A stretch of DNA of 64,000 bases from IMG/VR virus record IMGVR_UViG_3300023174_000061; one strand, written 5' to 3'. This document shows positions 1-7,701 of the stretch, piece after piece. A program made the position numbers and the translations under genes. The notes beneath the pieces are model-generated. The model saw nothing but the letters and a program-made list of their open reading frames with translations. It made no database searches and was not told where the DNA came from. The stretch is from a virus. How positions within the stretch are numbered: the stretch's first letter is position 1; every line of letters begins with the position of its first letter.

Positions 1-2
1 GT

Positions 3-137
3 GTTGAAGTTATTGGTAATGATGGACGAGAGTTTGTTCATTATGGGTGCTCTAATGTTAAGGTAAGTTTGCAGGACGACGGTAGAACAATTAAAGTATT
101 TTTATACACTATGTTTCAACAAAAGGAAAATGACTGA
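3..137 (+). CDS. Partial (5'-truncated) small phage protein
   Basis: Hand-translated open frame VEVIGNDGREFVHYGCSNVKVSLQDDGRTIKVFL...*, overlapping the next ATG. Confidence 0.7.
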   Translation, partial: VEVIGNDGREFVHYGCSNVKVSLQDDGRTIKVFLYTMFQQKEND

Positions 138-597
138 AATTGAAAAAACAGAAGGAGAAATCAAAGTCCTTCAAGCAAAACTGCAACTACTCAAAGAAAT
201 GGAGAACCACAAATCACCAGCAGAAGAAGCATACAAAAGATTTTTTGGATGCTATCCTGATAGTGGTGTTTCTTGGAATGATGAAAATGAAATTTGCTGG
301 TTTGCTTTCCAGGTAGGTTATAATGCCTCACAAAAAGATTATAAGGTAGAAGATGAACCAAAACCTATGGATGATGTTATTGATAGGTTGTTAGAGAAAT
401 ATAAATCTCAAAAACTTTGGAATATTTTGTCAAACAAATATGATTATATTTCAGCAACTTGTGATGATATTGTATCCGCAGTAGAAGAATGGTTGCCGAA
501 AGAACAATCTGCGGAAGGAAGTCAAAATGTTGATGTAGAACTTCTTGTAGATGGATTTAATGATGCAATACAAAAAATGAAGGAGAAACTACGATGA
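130..597 (+). CDS. Hypothetical phage protein, tandem paralog A
   Basis: 155-aa ORF with AAGGA RBS; N-terminal ~65 aa nearly identical to the next gene. Confidence 0.85.
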   Translation: MTEIEKTEGEIKVLQAKLQLLKEMENHKSPAEEAYKRFFGCYPDSGVSWNDENEICWFAFQVGYNASQKDYKVEDEPKPMDDVIDRLLEKYKSQKLWNILSNKYDYISATCDDIVSAVEEWLPKEQSAEGSQNVDVELLVDGFNDAIQKMKEKLR

Positions 598-1010
598 CTG
601 AAATTGAAAAAACAGAAGGAGAAATCAAAGTCCTTCAAGCAAAACTAGAACTCCTAAAAGAAATGGAGAACCACAAATCACCAGCAGAAGAAGCATACAA
701 AAGATTTTTTGGATGTTACCCTGATACTGGTGTTTCTTGGAATGATGAAAATGAAATCTTATGGTATGCTTTCCAAGTAGGTTATAAGTCAGCAAAGGAA
801 GATTGTAAGGTAGTAGAAGAACCAAAACCAAAAACTCTTTATGAAGCATTATACGAAGTGTATTACGGAACAACTTATGTTTGTAAGGAAGAGATTTGTG
901 ATGTAGTGGAACGATGGTTGCCTGATGAGATGGAGTACGATGAGGATTTGAATGGATATCGTGCTGGATGGAATGATTGTATTAATACACTTAACAAGCA
1001 ACTACGATGA
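594..1010 (+). CDS. Hypothetical phage protein, tandem paralog B
   Basis: 138-aa ORF, ATGA overlap, paralog of 130-597. Confidence 0.85.
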   Translation: MTEIEKTEGEIKVLQAKLELLKEMENHKSPAEEAYKRFFGCYPDTGVSWNDENEILWYAFQVGYKSAKEDCKVVEEPKPKTLYEALYEVYYGTTYVCKEEICDVVERWLPDEMEYDEDLNGYRAGWNDCINTLNKQLR

Positions 1011-1198
1011 CGATTAGAGCAGAGCAAATAGTAAATGCAACTCTTGAACTTACTCTCCGTCCTCAAAGTGAAGACAGAAAGAAAGTTGTTGCCTGTGTTA
1101 TTCGTGAGACAGCAGATAGACTTTGCACAGATTTAGGGGAGATGGAATGTCCTATAGATAAGTTGCGACAAATTGCGGATGAAGTAGAGGCACTTTAA
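1007..1198 (+). CDS. Hypothetical protein
   Basis: 63-aa ORF coupled by overlapping stop/start on both sides. Confidence 0.75.
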   Translation: MTIRAEQIVNATLELTLRPQSEDRKKVVACVIRETADRLCTDLGEMECPIDKLRQIADEVEAL

Positions 1199-1902
1199 TG
1201 ACTTACGATACAATCTTCATAAGTGATGTTCATTTAGGAACTGAAAGATGTAATACTCAAAAACTACTCAAGTTTCTCAAAGAACTCAAAACTAAAAAAC
1301 TTGTGATGGTTGGGGACATCATAGACATCTATTGTATGGAGAAATATAATACCAGATGGAAACGAGAGCACACCGAATGTGTTCACGCACTTTTGGATTT
1401 GTGTAAGAAAGGCACAGAAGTTGTTTATGTTCTTGGTAATCACGAAGGTGCTATGAGAAGGTATTGCACCTTTGAGCACAAGAACTTTATGATGTGTGAT
1501 GAGTATGTTCATAAGGATAGTGCTGGGAATAAGTATCTCTGCACTCACGGAGATAAGCACTCGGAGTTCTCTTCTGGTTCTTGGAAGCAACTGATGTTCA
1601 ACTGGGGTTATGAGTTTATCACACCTATGAGTATTTGGTTGGAAAGGTTCTTTCGGTTCTCTTTGGTGTATTCTCTCAAAAATAGTGTAAGAGGAAAGAA
1701 ATATATTGATAAGTATGAGTACGATTTAATTATATACTGCAATCAACAAAAAAAGAACTATAATGGTATTATCTGCGGGCATATTCATCACGCAAACATT
1801 CGTCGGTTTAATAACTTGATTTATATGTGTTGCGGTGATTTCGTTGATACCTGTTCTGCGATTACGGAGAAGAATGGTGTTTATTGTTTGGAGAAATACT
1901 GA
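1198..1902 (+). CDS. Calcineurin-like metallophosphoesterase, LpxH/PlcP-like (UDP-2,3-diacylglucosamine hydrolase family)
   Basis: Motifs FISDVHLG, VGDIID, LGNHE, THGD, CGHIH. Confidence 0.85.
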   Translation: MTYDTIFISDVHLGTERCNTQKLLKFLKELKTKKLVMVGDIIDIYCMEKYNTRWKREHTECVHALLDLCKKGTEVVYVLGNHEGAMRRYCTFEHKNFMMCDEYVHKDSAGNKYLCTHGDKHSEFSSGSWKQLMFNWGYEFITPMSIWLERFFRFSLVYSLKNSVRGKKYIDKYEYDLIIYCNQQKKNYNGIICGHIHHANIRRFNNLIYMCCGDFVDTCSAITEKNGVYCLEKY

Positions 1903-2159
1903 TGACTGACGAACAATTCTTAAAACAAACAGCAACCAAAGTTGCAAATATTCTTCACATGCCTTTGGGTGATATTGAACCAATAAAACTGATACAAATG
2001 GTTGTGTCTTTGGATATTCTTTTGGGTGGTGATAAAGAACTTATGAGGCATTGGGTGAATACTCATAATAAACACTTGGGATACTGTCCTGGTGCTCACT
2101 TGACTGATGCTCGTATGGATGATACACTAAGGTATCTTGACGCAATGGTGGAGCACTGA
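1902..2159 (+). CDS. Xre/MbcA/ParS-like antitoxin C-terminal domain protein (orphan)
   Basis: LLGGDKELMRHWVNTHNKHLGYCP...TLRYLD resembles the family pattern (W..t.N..lg..P...v..yL); start reassigned to ATG 1902. Confidence 0.6.
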   Translation: MTDEQFLKQTATKVANILHMPLGDIEPIKLIQMVVSLDILLGGDKELMRHWVNTHNKHLGYCPGAHLTDARMDDTLRYLDAMVEH

Positions 2160-2317
2160 TGAATAAGTTTGCTGTTGTCCTTTCAAGTCTTGTAGATGGT
2201 GCAACTGTAAGAATACAGTTTCTTGTGAATAGTGAAATGAGTGCTCTGCAATTGAGAACTTATTATCTACTGAAAGGTGGATTTTCTGTGAGTGATGTGG
2301 AGGTATTCTCATTATGA
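2159..2317 (+). CDS. Small hypothetical protein (52 aa)
   Basis: Hand-translated MNKFAVVLSSLVDGATVRIQF...; fills the gap with overlapping start/stop. Confidence 0.7.
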   Translation: MNKFAVVLSSLVDGATVRIQFLVNSEMSALQLRTYYLLKGGFSVSDVEVFSL

Positions 2318-2691
2318 TTTCTAAACCAGTATTGGGCACAAACAAGAAGAAAATTAAAATGAGTTGGATGGAGTACATCTTCACACACCTTATTCCTACT
2401 TGGTTTCATTCATTTAATGCTAACTTTGTAATGTGGAGAGACCTTGTAACTGGGGATTATGAGAAATATACTCTTCTTAGAGATGATGAACCATTTCAAG
2501 AGTGTTATGATTGGTTTTGGTGTAGTATAAATCTTGATGAAACCTATTCTAAAGAGTTCCTTGAGTATCTTATGCAAATGGTAGATGATATAGAGACTGG
2601 TAAGGTAGAGACAGTTCCACTTACCGAAGATTTCTTTGATAGACTAAAAGACCTTACTGATGGTGTGGAGTTAGACGACGAGACCACTTGA
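2314..2691 (+). CDS. Hypothetical protein
   Basis: 125-aa ORF; stop lies inside element copy 1. Confidence 0.8.
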   Translation: MISKPVLGTNKKKIKMSWMEYIFTHLIPTWFHSFNANFVMWRDLVTGDYEKYTLLRDDEPFQECYDWFWCSINLDETYSKEFLEYLMQMVDDIETGKVETVPLTEDFFDRLKDLTDGVELDDETT

Positions 2692-2737
2692 CGAACTGGC
2701 ACACTAAACGGGCACGGGTCGTAGGACCTGCTATAAT
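2680..2737 (+). promoter_or_regulatory. Early palindrome-promoter element, copy 1
   Basis: GAGACCACT-N6-ACTGGCACA, 28 nt, then TATAAT (TGn-extended). Confidence 0.8.
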
Positions 2738-2759
2738 AAGAGGACACAAGCAAAGGCAA

Positions 2760-3023
2760 ATGCTTACTTCAAATCTTTCTAAAATCAAACCTAAACTTCG
2801 CACACAAGGCAATGTAACAGGAAACTTTGGAAGACCGAAAGCAAAAGCAGGTTCTTCTATGCGTGATATTGGAATTACAAACGCAAAAGTCGTCAATGTC
2901 GTAAAGCAGGAAGATTACTTGAAACGATTGTATGCTGCTTTTGAAAATACAAATGATGAGAAACTGAAACAGTTTATTTACATTGAAATCAAAAAGATTA
3001 TGGTTCAACGAGGTGAATGGTAA
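2760..3023 (+). CDS. Basic hypothetical cyanophage protein
   Basis: Start reassigned to ATG 2760 downstream of the promoter; MLTSNLSKIKPKLRTQGNVTGNFG. Confidence 0.8.
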   Translation: MLTSNLSKIKPKLRTQGNVTGNFGRPKAKAGSSMRDIGITNAKVVNVVKQEDYLKRLYAAFENTNDEKLKQFIYIEIKKIMVQRGEW

Positions 3024-3289
3024 TGGAACATCCGCACACAAAACTAGAACGCATTTGTAAGGAATTGAAAGAGATTGTAAAATCTGAAAACTCACTTCAT
3101 ATGATGGATATGAACCTCAATTCAAGTGATGTAGATACACTTGATGAAGTGATTTCTATGATTGAAGAAATTGTAGATTATGACCCAACACCACAATATC
3201 TTTATGATAATGATGGTGGAGAACCTCCAATCAGTGCGGAAGAAATGCACTCTGGTGCTTGGAGACAACATCAAGAGTTTCATTCTTGA
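3017..3289 (+). CDS. Acidic hypothetical protein
   Basis: 90-aa ORF with DYDPTP...GGEPPIS motif; ends at element copy 2. Confidence 0.8.
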   Translation: MVMEHPHTKLERICKELKEIVKSENSLHMMDMNLNSSDVDTLDEVISMIEEIVDYDPTPQYLYDNDGGEPPISAEEMHSGAWRQHQEFHS

Positions 3290-3294
3290 TACGA

Positions 3295-3353
3295 TGTGCC
3301 AGTTGTAGCACTGGCACACTAAATAAGCACAAACCCCTCTGGGGTGCTATGAT
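3295..3353 (+). promoter_or_regulatory. Early palindrome-promoter element, copy 2
   Basis: Perfect TGTGCCAGT-TGTAGC-ACTGGCACA, 29 nt, then TATGAT. Confidence 0.85.
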
Positions 3354-3372
3354 TACGAAGTAAATCACTCAA

Positions 3373-3501
3373 ATGATGCCCAACACGTTCAATTTTACTG
3401 GTGATGCCACTACCTTCCTTGGTTTGGTTGGTGTTATTAGCACTGCTGTTATTCTTATTACTGTTTTCCGTTCTTATTGGTCTAGTCCTCTCAACAAATG
3501 A
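3373..3501 (+). CDS. Small single-pass membrane protein (42 aa)
   Basis: MMPNTFNFTGDATTFLGLVGVISTAVILITVFRSYWSSPLNK*; first gene after the promoter; ATGA overlap with next gene. Confidence 0.75.
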   Translation: MMPNTFNFTGDATTFLGLVGVISTAVILITVFRSYWSSPLNK

Positions 3502-3716
3502 ATTACTCAAAGTCTATTCAAGATTACGAAAAGGAACTCAAAGAAGCAAAGAAGAAGTATGAGAAACTTCTCAAGCAAATGAAGAAAGCAAGGACCGAAT
3601 ATCACTACTACAATCTGTCTGATGAGGCAGAAGTATTGTATGAGGATATTGCTGATCTTCAAATGACGATTACTGATTTGCGAAAGCAAAAGAAACTTGC
3701 TGAAATTGATGTCTAA
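3498..3716 (+). CDS. Coiled-coil hypothetical protein
   Basis: 72-aa ORF. Confidence 0.75.
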   Translation: MNYSKSIQDYEKELKEAKKKYEKLLKQMKKARTEYHYYNLSDEAEVLYEDIADLQMTITDLRKQKKLAEIDV

Positions 3717-3958
3717 TGTCTGACCTTTATTCTGAAATCCTTGAATTTGAAAAAATGAAAAACATTGACCGTGACCAACTTGTTGAAGATTATGTTCAGC
3801 AAATGATTGAAGGAATGGATTATAAGACTATGGAGTGTTTGGTTTATGATACTCTGAAAGATAATCTAGCAGATTATACTGATGAAGAACTTCTCACAGA
3901 GGTTACAGATTACTACCCAGAATTGCTGGGGGACGTTGATACGGTGGACGGTCTTTGA
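3716..3958 (+). CDS. Acidic hypothetical protein
   Basis: 80-aa ORF; C-terminus encoded by element copy 3. Confidence 0.8.
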   Translation: MSDLYSEILEFEKMKNIDRDQLVEDYVQQMIEGMDYKTMECLVYDTLKDNLADYTDEELLTEVTDYYPELLGDVDTVDGL

Positions 3959-4002
3959 ACTGGCACATAACACTCCCCAAACGGTCCTGACCGTGCTATG
4001 AT
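3944..4002 (+). promoter_or_regulatory. Early palindrome-promoter element, copy 3
   Basis: GTGGACGGT-N6-ACTGGCACA, 29 nt, then TATGAT. Confidence 0.8.
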
Positions 4003-4025
4003 GTATTCATCAAGTCAAGGAGGTT

Positions 4026-4172
4026 ATGATGATTGACACTTGTGTTCTTCACGATGATTACGAGGATTTTGCACAAAAGTTTCTCGGTGTTGATTATGAA
4101 GACTTTGTTGGTCTTCAACTTGGTCTTCCTGACGAAGATGAAATTGAAATTGAATACTCTTTGAGTATTTGA
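4026..4172 (+). CDS. Very acidic small protein (48 aa)
   Basis: Strong AAGGAGG RBS; MMIDTCVLHDDYEDFAQKFLGVDYEDF... Confidence 0.75.
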   Translation: MMIDTCVLHDDYEDFAQKFLGVDYEDFVGLQLGLPDEDEIEIEYSLSI

Positions 4173-4232
4173 TTTCAATAGTCCTGGTGATGACTTAAAA
4201 AGCACCAACTATTAACCTTGCTTTTTTTTATA

Positions 4233-4448
4233 ATGTCTGCCAATCTGGTTGCTCTTGCTGCTGAACTCGTTGACACCAACCCTGCTGGTGCTCAACTGAT
4301 TGTTAATATCACAAAAGCAGAAACTGGTGCTGAACTCGTTGAAGCACTTGATAACTATGATGCTACTGTGCTTGAGAACTACACTGAAGCAGTTGATGAT
4401 GGTTATGTGACCCTGACTGATGCTGATGGTGTTGTAACTGCTCTTTGA
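4233..4448 (+). CDS. Acidic hypothetical protein
   Basis: Start reassigned to ATG 4233 (MSANLVALAAEL...); internal GAELV repeat. Confidence 0.75.
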   Translation: MSANLVALAAELVDTNPAGAQLIVNITKAETGAELVEALDNYDATVLENYTEAVDDGYVTLTDADGVVTAL

Positions 4449-4451
4449 TAT

Positions 4452-4619
4452 ATGGAAATCAATTATTCTTTAAACTACGATTGTCGAGGTGACAATCGTG
4501 ATACTGTTCGTAGTTTTAATATGAATTTCGAGAACCCATCAAATGAAGATTTGATGGAAAACTTGAATACTTGGTTGACTGCGATTAAAGTTCCTCTTGA
4601 AGTTGTGGTTAAACAATAA
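4452..4619 (+). CDS. Small hypothetical protein (55 aa)
   Basis: Hand-translated MEINYSLNYDCRGDNRDTVRSF... Confidence 0.7.
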   Translation: MEINYSLNYDCRGDNRDTVRSFNMNFENPSNEDLMENLNTWLTAIKVPLEVVVKQ

Positions 4620-4627
4620 TATATAAG

Positions 4628-4687
4628 TGTGCCACCTCTTCTAGTGGCACACTACACCCCCCAATCGGGGTGGTTTTACTCTATAAT
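4628..4687 (+). promoter_or_regulatory. Early palindrome-promoter element, copy 4
   Basis: TGTGCCACC-N6-AGTGGCACA, 30 nt, then TATAAT. Confidence 0.8.
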
Positions 4688-4712
4688 AGGTTCATAACCA
4701 AACAAAAAGGAG

Positions 4713-4838
4713 ATGACTACCCCAAATTGGCAACACAACTCGGGAAAACAAAAGAATACCAAAGGAACTTGCAAAGCACAACTCAAAGCACGAAAGCAAG
4801 CACTTCAACACATCAAACGCAAACTGAACTTCAAATGA
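4713..4838 (+). CDS. Small basic protein (41 aa)
   Basis: AAGGAG RBS; MTTPNWQHNSGKQKNTKGTCKAQLKARKQALQHIKRKLNFK*. Confidence 0.7.
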   Translation: MTTPNWQHNSGKQKNTKGTCKAQLKARKQALQHIKRKLNFK

Positions 4839-5236
4839 CTACTGTGACTGCTGACAAAGTTATTCAATACACTCAAACTCTTTGTGAGGTTCTTCGCACC
4901 AATTATCAATCGTATCGTATTGATTCTCACCGCAAATACATTGAAAAGGGTGAGAATGTAGAATGGCACGAAGAGCAAATTGATAAACTCTGTTTAGGTG
5001 AAGGTGTACCAGAGTTTAATATCAATACTCTTCGTAAGTATCATAAGATTATAATGAAAGATTATAATCAAAGTCACGTTCATCTCTTTGTAGATAAAGA
5101 GACTGGTGATGTTTATAAAGCAGCATCATTCAAAGCACCTGCCAAAGGTATTCGGTATAATCTCCTAGATGATACATCTCGTAAGGAAATGTACCAACGT
5201 GCAGACTGGGCAGGGTCATATTTGTATGCACGATGA
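4835..5236 (+). CDS. Conserved T4-like cyanophage hypothetical protein
   Basis: RKYHKI...VHLFVDKETGDVYKAASFKAPAKGIRYNL...ADWAGSYLY; start reassigned to 4835 (ATGA overlap). Confidence 0.8.
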   Translation: MTTVTADKVIQYTQTLCEVLRTNYQSYRIDSHRKYIEKGENVEWHEEQIDKLCLGEGVPEFNINTLRKYHKIIMKDYNQSHVHLFVDKETGDVYKAASFKAPAKGIRYNLLDDTSRKEMYQRADWAGSYLYAR

Positions 5237-5355
5237 ATAGTTTTATCATCTGTTGCTTTACTTTAATGTCTCTTGTAATAGGATTTACAGTATCTCATAA
5301 TGCTGATAAATTATTACAAGAGAGTTGCTTTTTACCTACCAAATGTCAAATATAA
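5233..5355 (+). CDS. Small putative membrane protein (40 aa)
   Basis: ATGA overlap, hydrophobic N-terminus. Confidence 0.5.
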   Translation: MNSFIICCFTLMSLVIGFTVSHNADKLLQESCFLPTKCQI

Positions 5356-5534
5356 CATTCGCAAAAGGAATTGAAGTTTATTACCGTGGAACATACGGTG
5401 TAGTTGATTTCATCTGCGAAAAATACATTACAATTTGTATTAACAGGTTAGAGCATAAATCAAAAGATGTATGTTTGTTAGTTTATCCAAGTCAATTTGG
5501 TGAAATAACATTAGTAAAAGAGAGTGGTAAGTAA
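5343..5534 (+). CDS. Hypothetical protein (small beta-rich)
   Basis: MSNITFAKGIEVYYRGTYGVVDFICEKYITIC... Confidence 0.7.
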   Translation: MSNITFAKGIEVYYRGTYGVVDFICEKYITICINRLEHKSKDVCLLVYPSQFGEITLVKESGK

Positions 5535-5540
5535 TACTGC

Positions 5541-5599
5541 TGTGCCACTTGTAGTACTGGCACACTAAAAGAGCACAGACCCCCTTAATGCCCTATAAT
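5541..5599 (+). promoter_or_regulatory. Early palindrome-promoter element, copy 5
   Basis: TGTGCCACT-TGTAGT-ACTGGCACA, 29 nt, then TATAAT. Confidence 0.85.
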
Positions 5600-5622
5600 A
5601 CAGGGATACAAACAAAACACAA

Positions 5623-6198
5623 ATGTCTTACCTCGAAGATAATCTTCTGCCTTTGATTTTGGATATTAAAACTCCAAAAACTGAGAGTTATATCATGATT
5701 GCTGCTGGTCTTGGTGATCGTACATCTCAAAGCAGCATTTTAATTCAAATTGGAAATAAACTTGAATTTTTTTGGAATAAAGTTATTAGTGCTTGTGTAA
5801 CCAATTTCATTGAAGTTAAGAATACTATTAAGGTGGGTACTAACAATCGGCAGTTGGATCATCTTTTTGAAGCAATGCCGAACACTTATCTTTTTTATCT
5901 TGAAAGTAAGTGCAATTTGAATTTTGATACAGAAAAGAAACCTGCATCTAATGAGAAACTTAAGGCAGTGACTGAAGCAATTTTTGAAAAATATCAAAAA
6001 CCAGTTGAAAATGGATACTTTGTGCCTTGTATTCGCACCATCCCCGTAGATGTTCAGAAAAAATATCCCAATATTAACATTTATGGTGTAGAATGGATGA
6101 TGAATACTATTAAGTGTGATCTATTCACTGTTGATGAATTCTTCACTTTTTTTGAGGAAGTGATTGGTCCTATTTTAGAAGAAAAGATTTATGGTTAA
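5623..6198 (+). CDS. Putative PD-(D/E)xK restriction endonuclease
   Basis: GNKLE...QLDHLF...YLESKCNLNFDTEK catalytic-like motif; overlaps an MTase gene. Confidence 0.55.
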   Translation: MSYLEDNLLPLILDIKTPKTESYIMIAAGLGDRTSQSSILIQIGNKLEFFWNKVISACVTNFIEVKNTIKVGTNNRQLDHLFEAMPNTYLFYLESKCNLNFDTEKKPASNEKLKAVTEAIFEKYQKPVENGYFVPCIRTIPVDVQKKYPNINIYGVEWMMNTIKCDLFTVDEFFTFFEEVIGPILEEKIYG

Positions 6199-7021
6199 AC
6201 CCATTGTAAAATACCAAGGGGGGAAGAGTAAAGAACTCCCCCTAATTAAACAACTTTTGCCCAAACAATTCACAAGAGTTGTAGAACCATTCTGTGGTGG
6301 TGCTGCGGTATCATTTGGACTAGGTTATCCTTCCTTAATAAGTGACATTAACCGTGATGTCATTAACTTATACTCTGTGGTTGCAAATGAAAGTTTGTAT
6401 CCTAGTTTGCAAGTAAGAGTTAATACAATCAAAACTCTAGAACATGATGATCTTGAGAAAGAGTTTTATTGTGCGAGAGAAGCAATCAATCAACCTTGGG
6501 ATTGTGTAAATTCTTATCAAAGAGCATTATCATACATTATTGTGAGGCAGTTGTGCTTCTCTGGTATGGAAAGATACAATGCCAAAGGTGAGTTTAATGT
6601 GCCCTTTGGTCATTATAAGAAGTTTTCTTGCAATTTATCACCAAATCATCACGAATATCTAAAAAAGTATTGTTCTTTTAGATATGGAAGTTTCGTTAAT
6701 TTGTTTGATCAAATCAACTCAAATGATTTTGTATTCATTGATCCTCCATATCTTGAACGTCTTGGTTACACTCAAGGTGATGGTGGTTTGAAATTACATG
6801 AAGACCTTTTAAGTTGCCTCAAAGCAACAAAAGGACAATGGATGATTGTACATTCTGATCATGAGTTCTATCATGAGAGTTATAAAGACTTTAACATTAT
6901 TGAGAAAGACTTTGCATATGCTCAACGATTTGGTAAGGATAAAGATCACAGCGGGGCAAATGTAAAACATCTTTACATTACAAATTATAATACTGTGCCA
7001 CTTGTGGAACTGGCACACTAA
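6191..7021 (+). CDS. dam: DNA N6-adenine methyltransferase (Dam/D12 class)
   Basis: KYQGGK, VEPFCGG, FNVPFG, FIDPPY motifs; target specificity not established. Confidence 0.9.
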   Translation: MVKPIVKYQGGKSKELPLIKQLLPKQFTRVVEPFCGGAAVSFGLGYPSLISDINRDVINLYSVVANESLYPSLQVRVNTIKTLEHDDLEKEFYCAREAINQPWDCVNSYQRALSYIIVRQLCFSGMERYNAKGEFNVPFGHYKKFSCNLSPNHHEYLKKYCSFRYGSFVNLFDQINSNDFVFIDPPYLERLGYTQGDGGLKLHEDLLSCLKATKGQWMIVHSDHEFYHESYKDFNIIEKDFAYAQRFGKDKDHSGANVKHLYITNYNTVPLVELAH

Positions 7022-7051
7022 AAGAGCACGGACCTCAAAATGTGGTATATT
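6994..7051 (+). promoter_or_regulatory. Early palindrome-promoter element, copy 6
   Basis: TGTGCCACT-TGTGGA-ACTGGCACA, 28 nt, then TATATT (TGn-extended). Confidence 0.8.
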
Positions 7052-7057
7052 AAGAAG

Positions 7058-7136
7058 GTGGTGAGGGGGGCAATAAGACCACCCTGCTAACGTCAACTGA
7101 CATCTTGGCAAGTATGCTGTTAGTAAACCTCATCAC
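7058..7136 (+). ncRNA. Candidate multi-stem structured RNA / 5' leader
   Basis: Closing stem GTGGTGAGG/CCTCATCAC, inner stem TGCTAAC/GTTAGTA, further hairpins; begins at the predicted TSS. Confidence 0.5.
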
Positions 7137-7159
7137 TTCAAAGTTCATTTAACAAACAA

Positions 7160-7390
7160 ATGATTACTGACGTTTTTCACTATACGACTTCCCGTTGGGA
7201 TTGGCAAACTGGTGATGTAAATCAAATGTGGATTCAAGAGATTGAAGAAGCACCTGATGTTTATAGGTACATTGCTGTTGCTTATAATCCTCGTAAGGAT
7301 ACGAGTATGGTGATGTCTAATCCTCGTGGGTATTTTGATACTCTACATTGGGTTCGTAAGTTCTGTGGTTCTTTCTCTATTCTTCCTTGA
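7160..7390 (+). CDS. Hypothetical protein
   Basis: 76-aa ORF. Confidence 0.75.
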   Translation: MITDVFHYTTSRWDWQTGDVNQMWIQEIEEAPDVYRYIAVAYNPRKDTSMVMSNPRGYFDTLHWVRKFCGSFSILP

Positions 7391-7392
7391 TT

Positions 7393-7554
7393 ATGCTCTA
7401 TAATATCACCATCAAGTTCAAAGATAGAACTGTTGAGCAGTTTCAACGCAAAAGCAACATAAAACCTATTAACGGTCGCAAACTGCACGATAAGATTGCT
7501 AATGAAATCTTTCCACGAGAGTGGGAAGAAATATCCTCTAAACCTGTTTATTGA
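7393..7554 (+). CDS. Small hypothetical protein (53 aa)
   Basis: Hand-translated MLYNITIKFKDRTVEQFQRKS... Confidence 0.65.
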   Translation: MLYNITIKFKDRTVEQFQRKSNIKPINGRKLHDKIANEIFPREWEEISSKPVY

Positions 7555-7556
7555 TT

Positions 7557-7691
7557 ATGTTTGATTCTACCCTTGATTTATTCTGCGAACACGATGATGC
7601 AGAGTATGCTGATGAGTTTGCGATGGAACTAGAAGAAAAAGCAGCAGAACTAGAAGTTACTGTTGATTATTATATGGCAGAGTTTATGTAA
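7557..7691 (+). CDS. Small acidic protein (44 aa)
   Basis: MFDSTLDLFCEHDD...EEKAAELEVTVDYYMAEFM*. Confidence 0.75.
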   Translation: MFDSTLDLFCEHDDAEYADEFAMELEEKAAELEVTVDYYMAEFM

Positions 7692-7701
7692 CTCTATTTT
7701 T

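Noticed and set aside
3295-3330. Sigma54 promoter (TGGCAC as -24 box)
   Set aside because: No TTGC -12 at the required spacing, TGGCAC is one arm of a palindrome, and cyanobacteria lack sigma54
3373-3501. Photosystem or NDH small subunit (PsbX/PetN/NdhP-like)
   Set aside because: Single TM helix, but no signature residues I can match
4670-4834. N-terminal extension of ORF 4670-5236 (likewise 2688-2759 and 55127-55192)
   Set aside because: Overlaps promoter elements or better-supported genes in another frame; starts reassigned
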